From NCBI GenBank assembly GCA_024704765.1, contig JAKMXF010000210.1, positions 528,121 through 592,120 on the forward strand: DNA of 64,000 nucleotides. Reading direction: 5' to 3'. Position 1 is the first letter of the stretch. Each line of letters opens with the position of its first letter. Made by a program: the position numbers and the translations under genes. Of this stretch, positions 42,482-52,634 are shown one piece after another. This DNA is from Oopsacas minuta. Its lineage: Eukaryota; Animalia; Porifera. The notes beneath the pieces are model-generated. The model had not been told where the DNA came from. It did no database searches and worked only from the letters and a program-made list of their open reading frames with translations.

Positions 42482-44209
42482 ATGTGGCTGTTTGACAGGT
42501 TTGTGCTATTCCGCGCGTTCTCATTGCGAGGGTTTCTCAATGATCTCCCGAGATACATTTTCGTGACTTTATGGATGCTTACGAATATCGGCCTATTTAT
42601 TGGGTTCTTTGTGCAATTTGAAACGTTCCCTCGATATTTCTACTTCCGTATGATTAGCCGTCAGGGTCTATCGTTTGCAAGAGCTCCTGCTGCTGTTATT
42701 AACTTCAACTCTATGCTTATTCTATTACCGGTGTGTCGGAATTTAATCTCGATTATCCGTGGAACATGTTTTCGTTGCTCTCGTAGTCTACGGAAAGCTC
42801 TTGACAAGAACATCAGTTACCACAAGCTATTTGCTTGGACTATCATTTTCTGCTCAGTCATACACACTGCTGCACATTATTACAACTACGAGTTTATCAT
42901 AACTGATGCTGCCAGTCCACAACGCTTCGAACAAGTTCCTTCTAATCCCCTAAGGAACAATCCTCTTATCTATCTTCGTCTGTTAGAGAATAGGTCTCTC
43001 GTCCTACCTCTTGATGCAGTCCTCTTAAACTACATGACGTATGCAGGTATAACAGGTCACATAATGTGGCTTATACTATTTCTAATGGCAACTTCTTCTG
43101 TTGAAGTTATACGTAAGAGTTTCTTCGAAATATTCTGGTATACTCATCACCTGTTTATTTTCTATTTTATTGCGCTTGGTATCCATCAGTTTCAAATGAT
43201 ACTTCCATTTCAATCCAATGTGGATGTGAGTGATCCTTTCAACTGCTCTAGATTACCTGTGGATACTACAGGTGAAGGGTGTGAAATATTGCCTACCTTT
43301 ACCGCTGCTCGCCCTAGTTCCTATAAATGGTTTGTTATCCCACTAGCTATCTATCTTGTAGAGCGATTGATCCGATTCATAAAGAGCCTTATTCCTGTAC
43401 AGATTGTTCATGTAGAAGAACATCCTTCTAGAACACTTGAGATTCGTATGAAACGTAGGTTCTTCCGTCAGGATGTAGGTCAGTATGTGTTCGTTAATAT
43501 TCCATCCATCAGCTTTCTAGAGTGGCACCCTTTCACACTCACTTCCTGTCCAGAGGACAATCCAGAATTCAGTGTCCACATCAGAATTGTAGGAGATTGG
43601 ACAGAAGCCCTGCTTAAGAAAGTTAGACAGAAGGGATCTAATGTTCGTAGCACTATAATTACTATTGATGGCCCTTTTGGTACAGCAAGTGAAGATGTGT
43701 TTGATTATGAGATAGCTATGCTGGTAGGAGCTGGTATCGGTGTAACTCCTTTCGCTTCTATTCTGAAATCGATTTATCATAAACGTAAGAATATGAACCT
43801 TAAGAAATTATCTCAGATATATTTCTTCTGGGTGTGCCCACAGCCTCAGTCATTTGAATGGTTTGCTACTCTCCTCAAAACGATTGAGAAATCTCTCCAA
43901 GATGAAGGTTGTCCAGATCTCATTAAGTATGAGATTTATCTAACTCGTGGATGGACTGCAGCGGAAGCACGAAATATCTACCTCCATGAGGACGACATTG
44001 AAGATCCGATCACCCGTTTGGGAGCTAAGACTAACTACGGACGACCTAAATGGGATGAGATATTCGCTACCATTGCTGAAAATCACTCTAAAAAGAAGGT
44101 GGGTGTGTTCTTCTGTGGACCGCCTATACTTTCAAAAGAACTACACTTCCAAGCTAACAAACACTCTACCAATAACTGTAGCTTTTCTTATAACAAAGAG
44201 AATTTCTAG
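42482..44209 (+). CDS. NOX: NADPH oxidase (NOX1-4 type catalytic subunit, no EF hands)
   Basis: Intronless ORF of 575 aa. It has a six-TM ferric-reductase domain with paired His residues; the FAD-binding HPFTLTS; the NADPH-binding GIGVTPFASILKS; and a C-terminal FFCGPP. There is no N-terminal EF-hand or peroxidase domain. Confidence 0.85.
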   Translation: MWLFDRFVLFRAFSLRGFLNDLPRYIFVTLWMLTNIGLFIGFFVQFETFPRYFYFRMISRQGLSFARAPAAVINFNSMLILLPVCRNLISIIRGTCFRCSRSLRKALDKNISYHKLFAWTIIFCSVIHTAAHYYNYEFIITDAASPQRFEQVPSNPLRNNPLIYLRLLENRSLVLPLDAVLLNYMTYAGITGHIMWLILFLMATSSVEVIRKSFFEIFWYTHHLFIFYFIALGIHQFQMILPFQSNVDVSDPFNCSRLPVDTTGEGCEILPTFTAARPSSYKWFVIPLAIYLVERLIRFIKSLIPVQIVHVEEHPSRTLEIRMKRRFFRQDVGQYVFVNIPSISFLEWHPFTLTSCPEDNPEFSVHIRIVGDWTEALLKKVRQKGSNVRSTIITIDGPFGTASEDVFDYEIAMLVGAGIGVTPFASILKSIYHKRKNMNLKKLSQIYFFWVCPQPQSFEWFATLLKTIEKSLQDEGCPDLIKYEIYLTRGWTAAEARNIYLHEDDIEDPITRLGAKTNYGRPKWDEIFATIAENHSKKKVGVFFCGPPILSKELHFQANKHSTNNCSFSYNKENF

Positions 44210-44709
44210 TAGCTCTACTCCTTGAGGTCTCCATAACGTGTGAATACTGTTTACTGTGTGTGTATGGATTATTTTATTTTGTATATACCTGTTTTGATGC
44301 TAGCCTTTGCTTTACAGCATAACATTCTTGCCATATAGATATTGTGTTATTTTATTTACTATTGCTGTTATTATCTGTTGTCTTAGCAGAGTTTATTTCT
44401 AGTACATTTGCCAGCTGGCCTACATCATGCAGTCATACTAACATATTTCGATTACAAACTATTAGTTTGTTTTGACCTTACAAATATTGTATATTCCCCT
44501 GTTAGGCAATAATTAGTTTGCATCATTTATCAAGGCTACATATATCATCAGCAGCAGCAACCAATGTGACTTTAACTTACAATATTAATGATGTGACGTT
44601 TAATACGTACATTCGTTGCAGGGTTATACTATTCCTTAATATTCTTAATATCAAATTACTAATTCTACAAATGAATGAAATATTACAATTTGTTTATGAT
44701 TAGAGAAGC

Positions 44710-47700
44710 ATGAGGAATCTCCAGTTATTCTCCTGTGGGAGTTATCATTTATTGAGGGGGATTTTCGCTATTGATGCTGATACAGGTGATATTTGGTTGA
44801 TAAGCGATAGTTTGAAACTGTTTTGTTACAAAGAATTGGGAAAAACTTGCAAGGAACATGTTAATCTATCTCTTGAAGCAAATCTTGAATCTTCTAACGC
44901 TGTTATAAGTTTAGATTATGTATTAGACTTAGAATCTGTGTATTTCGCTCTTAGAAATGGAGACATATACAAGTTCTCTGTTGAATCAGACGAGCTAGAT
45001 AATATTGGTTCTGTAGCTTGTGGTTTAGAGTGTGCTGTGTGGAGTCCTGATCAAGAGATTATAGTGCTAGTCTCTACAGAAGGGAAAGTTGTAATGCTTA
45101 GTAAAAACTGTGATCCTATTTCAGAATCTAACCTTTTAACTGGCGAATTCGGGGAAGCTAGTCCTATAGTGCTAGGATGGGGGAAGAGAGAGACTCAGTT
45201 CAAAGGGAAAGCTGGTAAATATGTAGATTTAAAGGATAAAGATAGTCAAGAATCTGTCAATATTCTGACAAGTGATGACAGGAAGGTTAGAATCTGTTGG
45301 AGAGGTGATGGGCAGTTTTTTGCTATTTCCTTTGTAAATATTTCAAAGGGTTTAAGAGAAATTAAGATATTCACCCGTGAGTGTGTGCTACACGCCACAA
45401 GTGAATCTGTTGCTGGTATCGGTCAGTCTCTATCTTGGAAACCTTCTGCTAACCTAATAACAACCAACCGTACTTCACACAGACAGGAGATTGTATTCTT
45501 TGAGAAGAATGGTTTGAGGTATGGAGAGTTCTCTCTACCCTGTCATGTTACAGAATATTTTGTGAGAGAGGTTGAATGGAATTCTAATTCTACGATACTT
45601 CTAGTACTGTTAGAGCCTCTGATTTCAGATACTAAAACTCTAGTTCAGCTATGGACATGTAACAACGCCCATTGGTACCTCAAACAAGAGATTTGCTTCC
45701 CATCTGTTAGCTCTCCTACACTAATCAGATGGAATACTATACAGCCTAATACTCTACATATTCTAACACAATCTGGCTCTTATCTTACTTACGAATTGAG
45801 AACTGTTGTAACTCAGTCAAATGAGTATGATAACTGGATAGCAGTGATTGACGGCTGTAGAGTATTGCTATCTCCATTTCGTGATCTTACAGTACCTCCC
45901 CCAATGTCCAGCTGTTCTGTGGAGTTGAGTAGACCCGTTATAGAGGTTATTTTCGGGAGAGAAGAATACAAAGATAGAATTCTTTGTCTGTTATCTAACT
46001 ATACAATAATAGAATTAAAACACAGCAAATCAGATGGAAATATAAATAATTCTGAATTCTTAGACAAGACAGGATTTTATAGCTTATCTAAACCATTCCA
46101 TTTCAGAGATAATACTACAGATATTTCATATCACACTATACGACATATCCAGTGGATAACTGTATATTTATTATTAGCTCTATCTTATAGCAGTGATGCC
46201 AAAGAACATAAGATAGAGCTTTATAATATTCTGAGTGAGGAGAGAGAAATTGTTCTTGTATCAGTTGTTACTACAATAAAACCTATTCTAACACTCATAT
46301 CTTGTTCCGATAGTTTAGCTGTAGAATTCATAGATGGAGAGGTGAACCGTGTTAGTTGTACTAACGAAACACTCTCGTTACAACCTTGGGTTAACTTGCT
46401 CTATCCATCACATCGCATTAGTATAGCTAGGTTTTCTGGAGAGGAACATATTTTGGGATTCACTGTTAACGGGAGATTGTTTCTAGACACAATTGAGTTA
46501 TGTTCTAATGCGACGTCTTATTACCTTCATAGTCACTTCCTTCTAATCACTACCAGTAGTCACTATTTACACTCAATCAATCTATCTACACCAATATATG
46601 AGCTACCAGCTATTCTACCTACTCAGTCTCATACAACTAATGATGCTGTACGTAGAGTAGAGAGAGGAGCAGAGATTATAACCGCAGTTAGTAACGATAG
46701 CAAAGTTGTTCTCCAGATGCCCCGTGGTAACCTCGAAGCCATTCATCCACGTGCTCTGATTCTAACCATTATAGCTAAGCTTCTAGACAATAGAGAGTAT
46801 TCTGTAGCATTTGCTATCCTTCGTAGGCAAAGAATAAATATGAATTTATTTCATGATTATAACCCTGAAATATTTATAAGTTCAATTCATGATTTCATAA
46901 CACAAGTCCACCAGCCTCAGTTCTTGAATATTTTCATAACAGAGCTATCAGATCAAGATATTTGTACTACGATGTATCCTAACATGAAGAGACATGTCAC
47001 TAATATTAATAGTGAGAATAAAGTTAACTCTGTGTGTGATATCATGGTAGAAACTTGTGAGAAAGCTAATAATACTAACTTATATCTGCTGCCTATATTA
47101 ACCGCTCTGATTAAGAGATCTCCGTCTCAGCTAGGAGAGGTTTTAACCCGAATTAAGAACATACCAGTAACAAGCAAAACTTCTCAAGAAGATGCTCTCA
47201 AATATATTTCTCTCCTTATTGATATGAAGCAGTTATATAAGGTAGCATTAGGTACTTATGACTTTGATATTATGTTACTTGTAGCCCAGAACTCTAATAT
47301 GGATCCTAAAGAGTATCTTCCTTTCATGAATAATCTCAAATCTCTAGAAGAAAATTACAGAGCTTATTTTATAGATTGTCATCTCTGTAAATATGAGAGT
47401 GCATTAGTACATATCCTGAAGTGTAGAGGCCGTGAGGAGGAATGTATCGCTTTTATCAATAAGCACGAGTTGTATAGCAAAGCATTAGAACAGATCCCTA
47501 CAGGAGATGGTGAGCTTATTCAAAGGGTCTCTTTGGCTTATGGGAATTGGCTTTGTTCAAAGGAGAAGTATCCTGAAGCTGGACTTGTATTTATACAAAT
47601 TGGAGAGCTCGCATTGGCCCTCAAAGCTTATAGAAAGAGTGATAACTATCATCGAGTACTATCACTTGCACTTCAACTTAATTTGCCAAAAGATTCATTC

Positions 47701-48585
47701 CATAAAATAGTCTATGAGTTAGTTAGTAAGCTAAAATCTATTAATGAGATTATGACTACATCTCAAATACTCTGTGAGTATACACAGGATTATGAAGATG
47801 CTATCTTCCTACTGATAGAGAACAATATATTTAATGAGGCATACAGACTTATATACAAATACTTACGGATAGATTTGCTGGAAACTCACTTCAAACCGAA
47901 GTTAACAGAAACTGCACAGAACATGCTTTCTATGCTAATCGAGTCTAGAACAATTGTAGAGAAGTATGTTAGTAGACTTGAAATAGTTTTGACAAACAAA
48001 CTTGAGGAAGGACAGACTTATTTTGAGGAGGGAGGTGACATAAGGGATCACGAGTTCTTTTCAGAGCAGAGCAGCGTAACAGGACAGTCTCAAACAAACT
48101 CTATAAGTTCTAAAGGTTCTAAGAGTAGCTCTAAATCTGCTAGAGGCAGTAGGAGTAGAAAGAAGCAAGAAAGGAAAAAGTATAGATTGAAGGAAGGGAG
48201 TGCTCATGAAGATATAGCTCTATTGGAAGAGATAAGGGGGGTAGTAGTCAGAGTTGATCAGATACAAGATGATTTGAATATTATTTTAGATCTGTTAATA
48301 ATAACGAATCAACGACTATTAGCACGAGACCTACAAACAAATGCTCGTGCTACCATCACCTATCTTGCTTCTATTATTCCCAAGACATGGCATAAACATA
48401 GACTAATAACAATATCTCTCTCATTAGTTCATGAGGATGGAATCATATCCAGTCCTAACCTGTGTACTGGTATTATAAATGTGTTAAAAGGAGGAGATTT
48501 ATTTCCAGCACAGACAGATGTAGAAATATCAGAACCATTAATTCGCAGTATAAAATGGGAGATTAGCTATCTATTGAGTTCATAG
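44710..48585 (+). CDS. ELP1: Elongator complex protein 1 (IKI3/IKBKAP family)
   Basis: Intronless ORF of 1291 aa. The N-terminus MRNLQLF... and the WD-propeller block with ICWRGDGQFFAISF match the ELP1 motif ISWRGDGQ(F/Y)FAVS. The C-terminal half is long and alpha-helical, and there is a basic Ser/Lys-rich patch (SKGSKSSSKSARGSRSRKKQERKKYR). Confidence 0.85.
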   Translation: MRNLQLFSCGSYHLLRGIFAIDADTGDIWLISDSLKLFCYKELGKTCKEHVNLSLEANLESSNAVISLDYVLDLESVYFALRNGDIYKFSVESDELDNIGSVACGLECAVWSPDQEIIVLVSTEGKVVMLSKNCDPISESNLLTGEFGEASPIVLGWGKRETQFKGKAGKYVDLKDKDSQESVNILTSDDRKVRICWRGDGQFFAISFVNISKGLREIKIFTRECVLHATSESVAGIGQSLSWKPSANLITTNRTSHRQEIVFFEKNGLRYGEFSLPCHVTEYFVREVEWNSNSTILLVLLEPLISDTKTLVQLWTCNNAHWYLKQEICFPSVSSPTLIRWNTIQPNTLHILTQSGSYLTYELRTVVTQSNEYDNWIAVIDGCRVLLSPFRDLTVPPPMSSCSVELSRPVIEVIFGREEYKDRILCLLSNYTIIELKHSKSDGNINNSEFLDKTGFYSLSKPFHFRDNTTDISYHTIRHIQWITVYLLLALSYSSDAKEHKIELYNILSEEREIVLVSVVTTIKPILTLISCSDSLAVEFIDGEVNRVSCTNETLSLQPWVNLLYPSHRISIARFSGEEHILGFTVNGRLFLDTIELCSNATSYYLHSHFLLITTSSHYLHSINLSTPIYELPAILPTQSHTTNDAVRRVERGAEIITAVSNDSKVVLQMPRGNLEAIHPRALILTIIAKLLDNREYSVAFAILRRQRINMNLFHDYNPEIFISSIHDFITQVHQPQFLNIFITELSDQDICTTMYPNMKRHVTNINSENKVNSVCDIMVETCEKANNTNLYLLPILTALIKRSPSQLGEVLTRIKNIPVTSKTSQEDALKYISLLIDMKQLYKVALGTYDFDIMLLVAQNSNMDPKEYLPFMNNLKSLEENYRAYFIDCHLCKYESALVHILKCRGREEECIAFINKHELYSKALEQIPTGDGELIQRVSLAYGNWLCSKEKYPEAGLVFIQIGELALALKAYRKSDNYHRVLSLALQLNLPKDSFHKIVYELVSKLKSINEIMTTSQILCEYTQDYEDAIFLLIENNIFNEAYRLIYKYLRIDLLETHFKPKLTETAQNMLSMLIESRTIVEKYVSRLEIVLTNKLEEGQTYFEEGGDIRDHEFFSEQSSVTGQSQTNSISSKGSKSSSKSARGSRSRKKQERKKYRLKEGSAHEDIALLEEIRGVVVRVDQIQDDLNIILDLLIITNQRLLARDLQTNARATITYLASIIPKTWHKHRLITISLSLVHEDGIISSPNLCTGIINVLKGGDLFPAQTDVEISEPLIRSIKWEISYLLSS

Positions 48586-48843
48586 TTTAGAATCTTTTTC
48601 TTGAATGAATTAATAGAATTGTGTAGGTAGTGGGCACCTTATTTTATTCCCAATTCTTACGTTTTTTAACTTTATTCAATGGCTCAAAGCCACTAACCAA
48701 GACATCTTTACATACTCGTACCTGTGTTAAGACCCCATGACCAAATAGCATTTATTTCTATTCCTTCGAACTGTGACATCAATGCCACATATGTTAGGCT
48801 TTATATTTTTATATAAATGTGATTTTTGCTCTCTTTTACATAA

Positions 48844-49296
48844 ATGGTTGCGAATAGTACATGTACCCAATTTGAAATGTCTTTTCAGACTCTTCAAGCA
48901 ATTCTATGGATTAATATTATTACATTAATCACTGTAATGTCTTTTTGGTTACTGGCACTATTATATGGCTTATGTTATTTGCAACGAAAATCCAACCTAA
49001 ATACTGTTACTTCGCCTCCTAGGTCAGTTTTAATACCTCCCCGACATTCAATATCATCTGTTGGAGGACTTAATTTAAGTGTGCGTGATGTAGTACGAAG
49101 AATTAGTACACATTCTAGACTTGATCAAGATGATTGTGTAACTATTGGTAACAATGGTGTTAAAGTGTCAGATAATTTGCATCTTATCAAATCTACCCAG
49201 TATCAAGAGCAGCCACTAGAAAGTGACTCTGACCTTGAATCTAATGCGATGATTAATCTCGAAGATGGAACCACATTAACTCAATCATCTATTTAA
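48844..49296 (+). CDS. small single-pass membrane protein, unknown function
   Basis: ORF of 150 aa with one hydrophobic helix (ILWINIITLITVMSFWLLALLYGLCYL). It fills the gap between ELP1 and the cyclin gene on the same strand. No family assignment. Confidence 0.3.
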   Translation: MVANSTCTQFEMSFQTLQAILWINIITLITVMSFWLLALLYGLCYLQRKSNLNTVTSPPRSVLIPPRHSISSVGGLNLSVRDVVRRISTHSRLDQDDCVTIGNNGVKVSDNLHLIKSTQYQEQPLESDSDLESNAMINLEDGTTLTQSSI

Positions 49297-49780
49297 TTAG
49301 TATTTTCTGCTTTCTTATATTGAGTGATATGTATTAAAATTGCTATATTTTGTGTAATTATTTGGTGAAGATTATATTGTGCGATGCAAGTTTTCGTGCT
49401 CCTGTTAGTTGGATTTGTGCATGCTTCTAAGAGGATCTTTGTTGACGATATGGTCTAATCTTTGTACGTAATTAATCCTTCTACATACTTATGTGTGTAC
49501 TTTGCTTTTGAAGAGCTCTGTAGAATTTCAATTATTTATGCCCTTTCCATCCGAATTCCAGCGCCAGGAATGTAAAGTCTAGGTTTTGAATACGATTGAA
49601 TAACCAATCAAATTCCAGCATTTACCGTCCATTGAAACGGGCCTAACTTCAAAATCTGTAGGTTATAAATACAAAGTTTTAAAAGATATATCCACAAACT
49701 TCTCACAAGTTCAGTACTTCTACCTTACAACCTTCTGCCTCTCAATCCCCGAACTACAACAAAAGTAAATACAATCAATC

Positions 49781-50776
49781 ATGCCGACAGTCGTTGTCCA
49801 TAACCTTGAAAACGCCCGAATTATACTCGGGAATGTAACAAATGAAATACAACCCCTAGATGTTAAAGATAAGACTAAACTTAATTTCCCTAGCAAAACA
49901 ACGGTAAAACCGAATGACAACAAGCCAATCCATATTCCCATTCCCTGTAGCAATGAATTGAAGGAATTCTCAGATATCTTCTCAGATCTTGAGTACAATA
50001 ACGAGTATATTCTAGAGGTGTACAGCAACACAGCTAAATTAGAGCACCGGTTCATACCGGTAGATTATTTCTCCGTAGAGCAGCATCGTGTAACTGAGAA
50101 GATGCGTACCATCCTGATTGAGTGGTTGGTTCAGATCCAAGAAGAGTTCCAGCTTTGTCACGAGACACTTTACAAAGCAGTCATCATAAAGGATCTGTAC
50201 TTATCACGCACAACGGATTGTATCAAGTTGGAAGAATATCAGCTGGTGGGTGCTTGCTCCCTCTGGATTGCCTCGAAATACGAGGAAATATATCCTCCAA
50301 ATCTTGCAAACTTCTCTTCTCTCTGTGACAACATTTACTCTAAGCGTCGCTTCATGCAAATGGAGAGAGACATAATGCGAACAATCGATTTCCAACTCTA
50401 CATGCCTGTTCCTTACACGCTGACTCGTGTACTGAATAAGATAGTAGATGGGAATATGGCTCTACTCACGCTAGCACGATATATCTGTGAATTAACACTA
50501 GTTAATTTCGACTGCTGCCAATTCGCTTCTTCTAGGGTAGCAACATCCTGCTTTTTCATAGCTTTGAAAATGTACGAACATGATTGGTCTCAAAAGATCC
50601 AAGAGTTCACAGGTTACTCCCCTTTCTCGCTCAAACCGGTAATTATTAAACTTAACGAAATCTTGCACGAATCCTTCCAGAACAAAAAGAAAACTCAAAT
50701 TCGTCTAAAGTATATTCATCCAGTGTTCTTCAAGGTTGCGCAGAAATCTCCAATTCCTACATCGGCCCTATTCTAA
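49781..50776 (+). CDS. cyclin (A/B-type cyclin box)
   Basis: Intronless ORF of 331 aa. The cyclin box reads MRTILIEWLVQIQEEFQLCHETLYKAVIIKDLYL...LVGACSLWIASKYEEIYPPNLANF..., and a second fold follows. Confidence 0.8.
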   Translation: MPTVVVHNLENARIILGNVTNEIQPLDVKDKTKLNFPSKTTVKPNDNKPIHIPIPCSNELKEFSDIFSDLEYNNEYILEVYSNTAKLEHRFIPVDYFSVEQHRVTEKMRTILIEWLVQIQEEFQLCHETLYKAVIIKDLYLSRTTDCIKLEEYQLVGACSLWIASKYEEIYPPNLANFSSLCDNIYSKRRFMQMERDIMRTIDFQLYMPVPYTLTRVLNKIVDGNMALLTLARYICELTLVNFDCCQFASSRVATSCFFIALKMYEHDWSQKIQEFTGYSPFSLKPVIIKLNEILHESFQNKKKTQIRLKYIHPVFFKVAQKSPIPTSALF

Positions 50777-50960
50777 TGGTTGATTGATTGTCTATTTGCT
50801 TTTTTGATGCTTGTAAAATTTCGAACTACACTGAACTGCTTGAAATCAATTAAACCTTACAACATGGTTGTACTATTTACTTTATTTTTAGTATAATAAT
50901 ATTAAGGGATAGAATAGCTAAAGTTGTTTATTATAATTATCCTGTTTATATTGGTAGAAA

Positions 50961-51875
50961 ATGGCGAATTCTAAAGAAAACGTGAGCTATACTCCTTGGG
51001 CCCCCGATCTATTCGAAGAATCGTTAGATTTTAATCTGGAATCAGTCATTAAAGCTAGCTTAGATAGAGATTTCGCTCTGACCGTAGCTAAGCCTACGCA
51101 CCTAGCCTCAGCTAATAAACCACATAAACTAGCTCCCACAGATTTGTATTATAGTATCCCAAATGTTTACAAAGAAAATATCAACTTGCTGAAGACCGCT
51201 AGATCTATCCATGTCCAAAACTCTTATATTCAATCCAAACTTAGTTCTGACCCCAGTTACAAACCCTCGGAGTTACAACAATCCACCGCTTCCCAATTTA
51301 TCCCTACACACTCCCTTGACAGGAATAACTTTACTCAAACTTTTCCTAAGTTAGATGAACGTAGTATTTATCAGATTGCTAGGAAGTCAGTATCTCTAAG
51401 TCTCTTAAATGCAGGATTTACACATTCTAAGTCATCAGCACTCGATAAACTGGTCGATTCGTTGAATACTTTTTTGCACAAACTTTGCATTATCCTTAAA
51501 TCTAACTCTCAACCAAATCCTGATAATAATTTCCTGGAAGACTTTGTAGATCCTCTTGAACAAACGCTCATAGAATTGGGATCTGATGGATATGAAGGTT
51601 TATTCGAGTTTTGGCAAGAACATATGGTTAATTACCATCAAAAGCTTGCTATAGCTGGGACTAAGTTAATTCAAGTCCAAGAAGGATTGGTCCATAGAGT
51701 TATTGGGAGTACTGAGCATACGGAAACTATCCCAGAGAATGTTGTAGAGATGAGTAGCTCGATGATAGAAGTAGCTGCCCATGGCTCTGTGCTTGAAGAC
51801 TCTCAGGATTCAAACGAATCTCCTTATTCAGATGAAAAGCCAAGCAAACATGTTAAGAGAATTAAATTATGTTGA
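50961..51875 (+). CDS. BTP/histone-fold-like protein (TAF8/SPT7L-like), tentative
   Basis: ORF of 304 aa. The segment YQIARKSVSLSLLNAGFTHSKSSALDKLVDSLNTFLHKL resembles the BTP histone-fold of TAF8/TAF3. The C-terminus is acidic and serine-rich. Confidence 0.4.
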   Translation: MANSKENVSYTPWAPDLFEESLDFNLESVIKASLDRDFALTVAKPTHLASANKPHKLAPTDLYYSIPNVYKENINLLKTARSIHVQNSYIQSKLSSDPSYKPSELQQSTASQFIPTHSLDRNNFTQTFPKLDERSIYQIARKSVSLSLLNAGFTHSKSSALDKLVDSLNTFLHKLCIILKSNSQPNPDNNFLEDFVDPLEQTLIELGSDGYEGLFEFWQEHMVNYHQKLAIAGTKLIQVQEGLVHRVIGSTEHTETIPENVVEMSSSMIEVAAHGSVLEDSQDSNESPYSDEKPSKHVKRIKLC

Positions 51876-51961
51876 CTGTTTAATTCATTAACTTATTTTA
51901 ATTATACTTAATAATATACATAAACGAATCTGTTATTTATCTTGTATAGTACAGTAAACTG

Positions 51962-52420
51962 TCACCATATTTGCTGTATAGTAGCTTGATTATAGGAATA
52001 AGAGTACAACGCATGTTTATATCGGCGTATTTCTGCCTCTAATTTTATTATTTCCTCTTTCAAGACATTCCTTTCAAAACGATTCTTCAATATGTCAATA
52101 TCGAGAAATGCAGTTTGAAACACCTTCTTACGAGCGTGTTTATTTGATGCCTTCTTTGCTTTTTCGCTTCTTCTGAGCTCTCTCATTCCATCCTTGAAGT
52201 CTTCTGGTACTAATCCCTGCTTTTCCAAATACTTGACTATGTCATCTAGTTCTTTCAAGGGAATTGACCTAACCTTCTCTCGATTCACAATCTTTTTAAT
52301 TTGGCTCCAACATTTATTTTTTAAGATAAATTGAAGTTTTTTATCAGATACACTCGAATTGAAAAGTTTCTTGACATTTATTTCACCACTGTCAGAGCGT
52401 TGGTATGTGTAACGGGCCAT
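51962..52420 (-). CDS. small basic coiled-coil protein, unknown family
   Basis: ORF of 152 aa, Lys/Arg-rich, with a C-terminal heptad region (VLKEEIIKLEAEIRRYKHALYSY). It converges on the 3' end of the upstream plus-strand gene. Confidence 0.4.
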   Translation of the reverse strand: MARYTYQRSDSGEINVKKLFNSSVSDKKLQFILKNKCWSQIKKIVNREKVRSIPLKELDDIVKYLEKQGLVPEDFKDGMRELRRSEKAKKASNKHARKKVFQTAFLDIDILKNRFERNVLKEEIIKLEAEIRRYKHALYSYSYNQATIQQIW

Positions 52421-52634
52421 GTGAATTATACATCAACGTTGAATTTTAATTTATATTTATATTTTCTATCTTTACAAATATTACATATTCCACAGTCAAA
52501 ATGTATGGAAATATTAAATTGATTTTTTGAAGTAATTAACTTACTCAATAATAATCATTCATTTAAAGGTGTGAATGATGTGATGTCAAATATCGAATTC
52601 GGGCTAATTTAATACTATTTTTATAATTAGCAAA

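Noticed and set aside
42292-42558. Minus-strand 88-aa ORF between RRS1 and NOX
   Set aside because: It spans the 234-bp intergenic spacer and the NOX start, and it is AT-rich. This is most likely promoter or UTR sequence.
49720-50055. Minus-strand 111-aa ORF overlapping the cyclin start
   Set aside because: It overlaps a well-supported plus-strand cyclin CDS and has no domain content.
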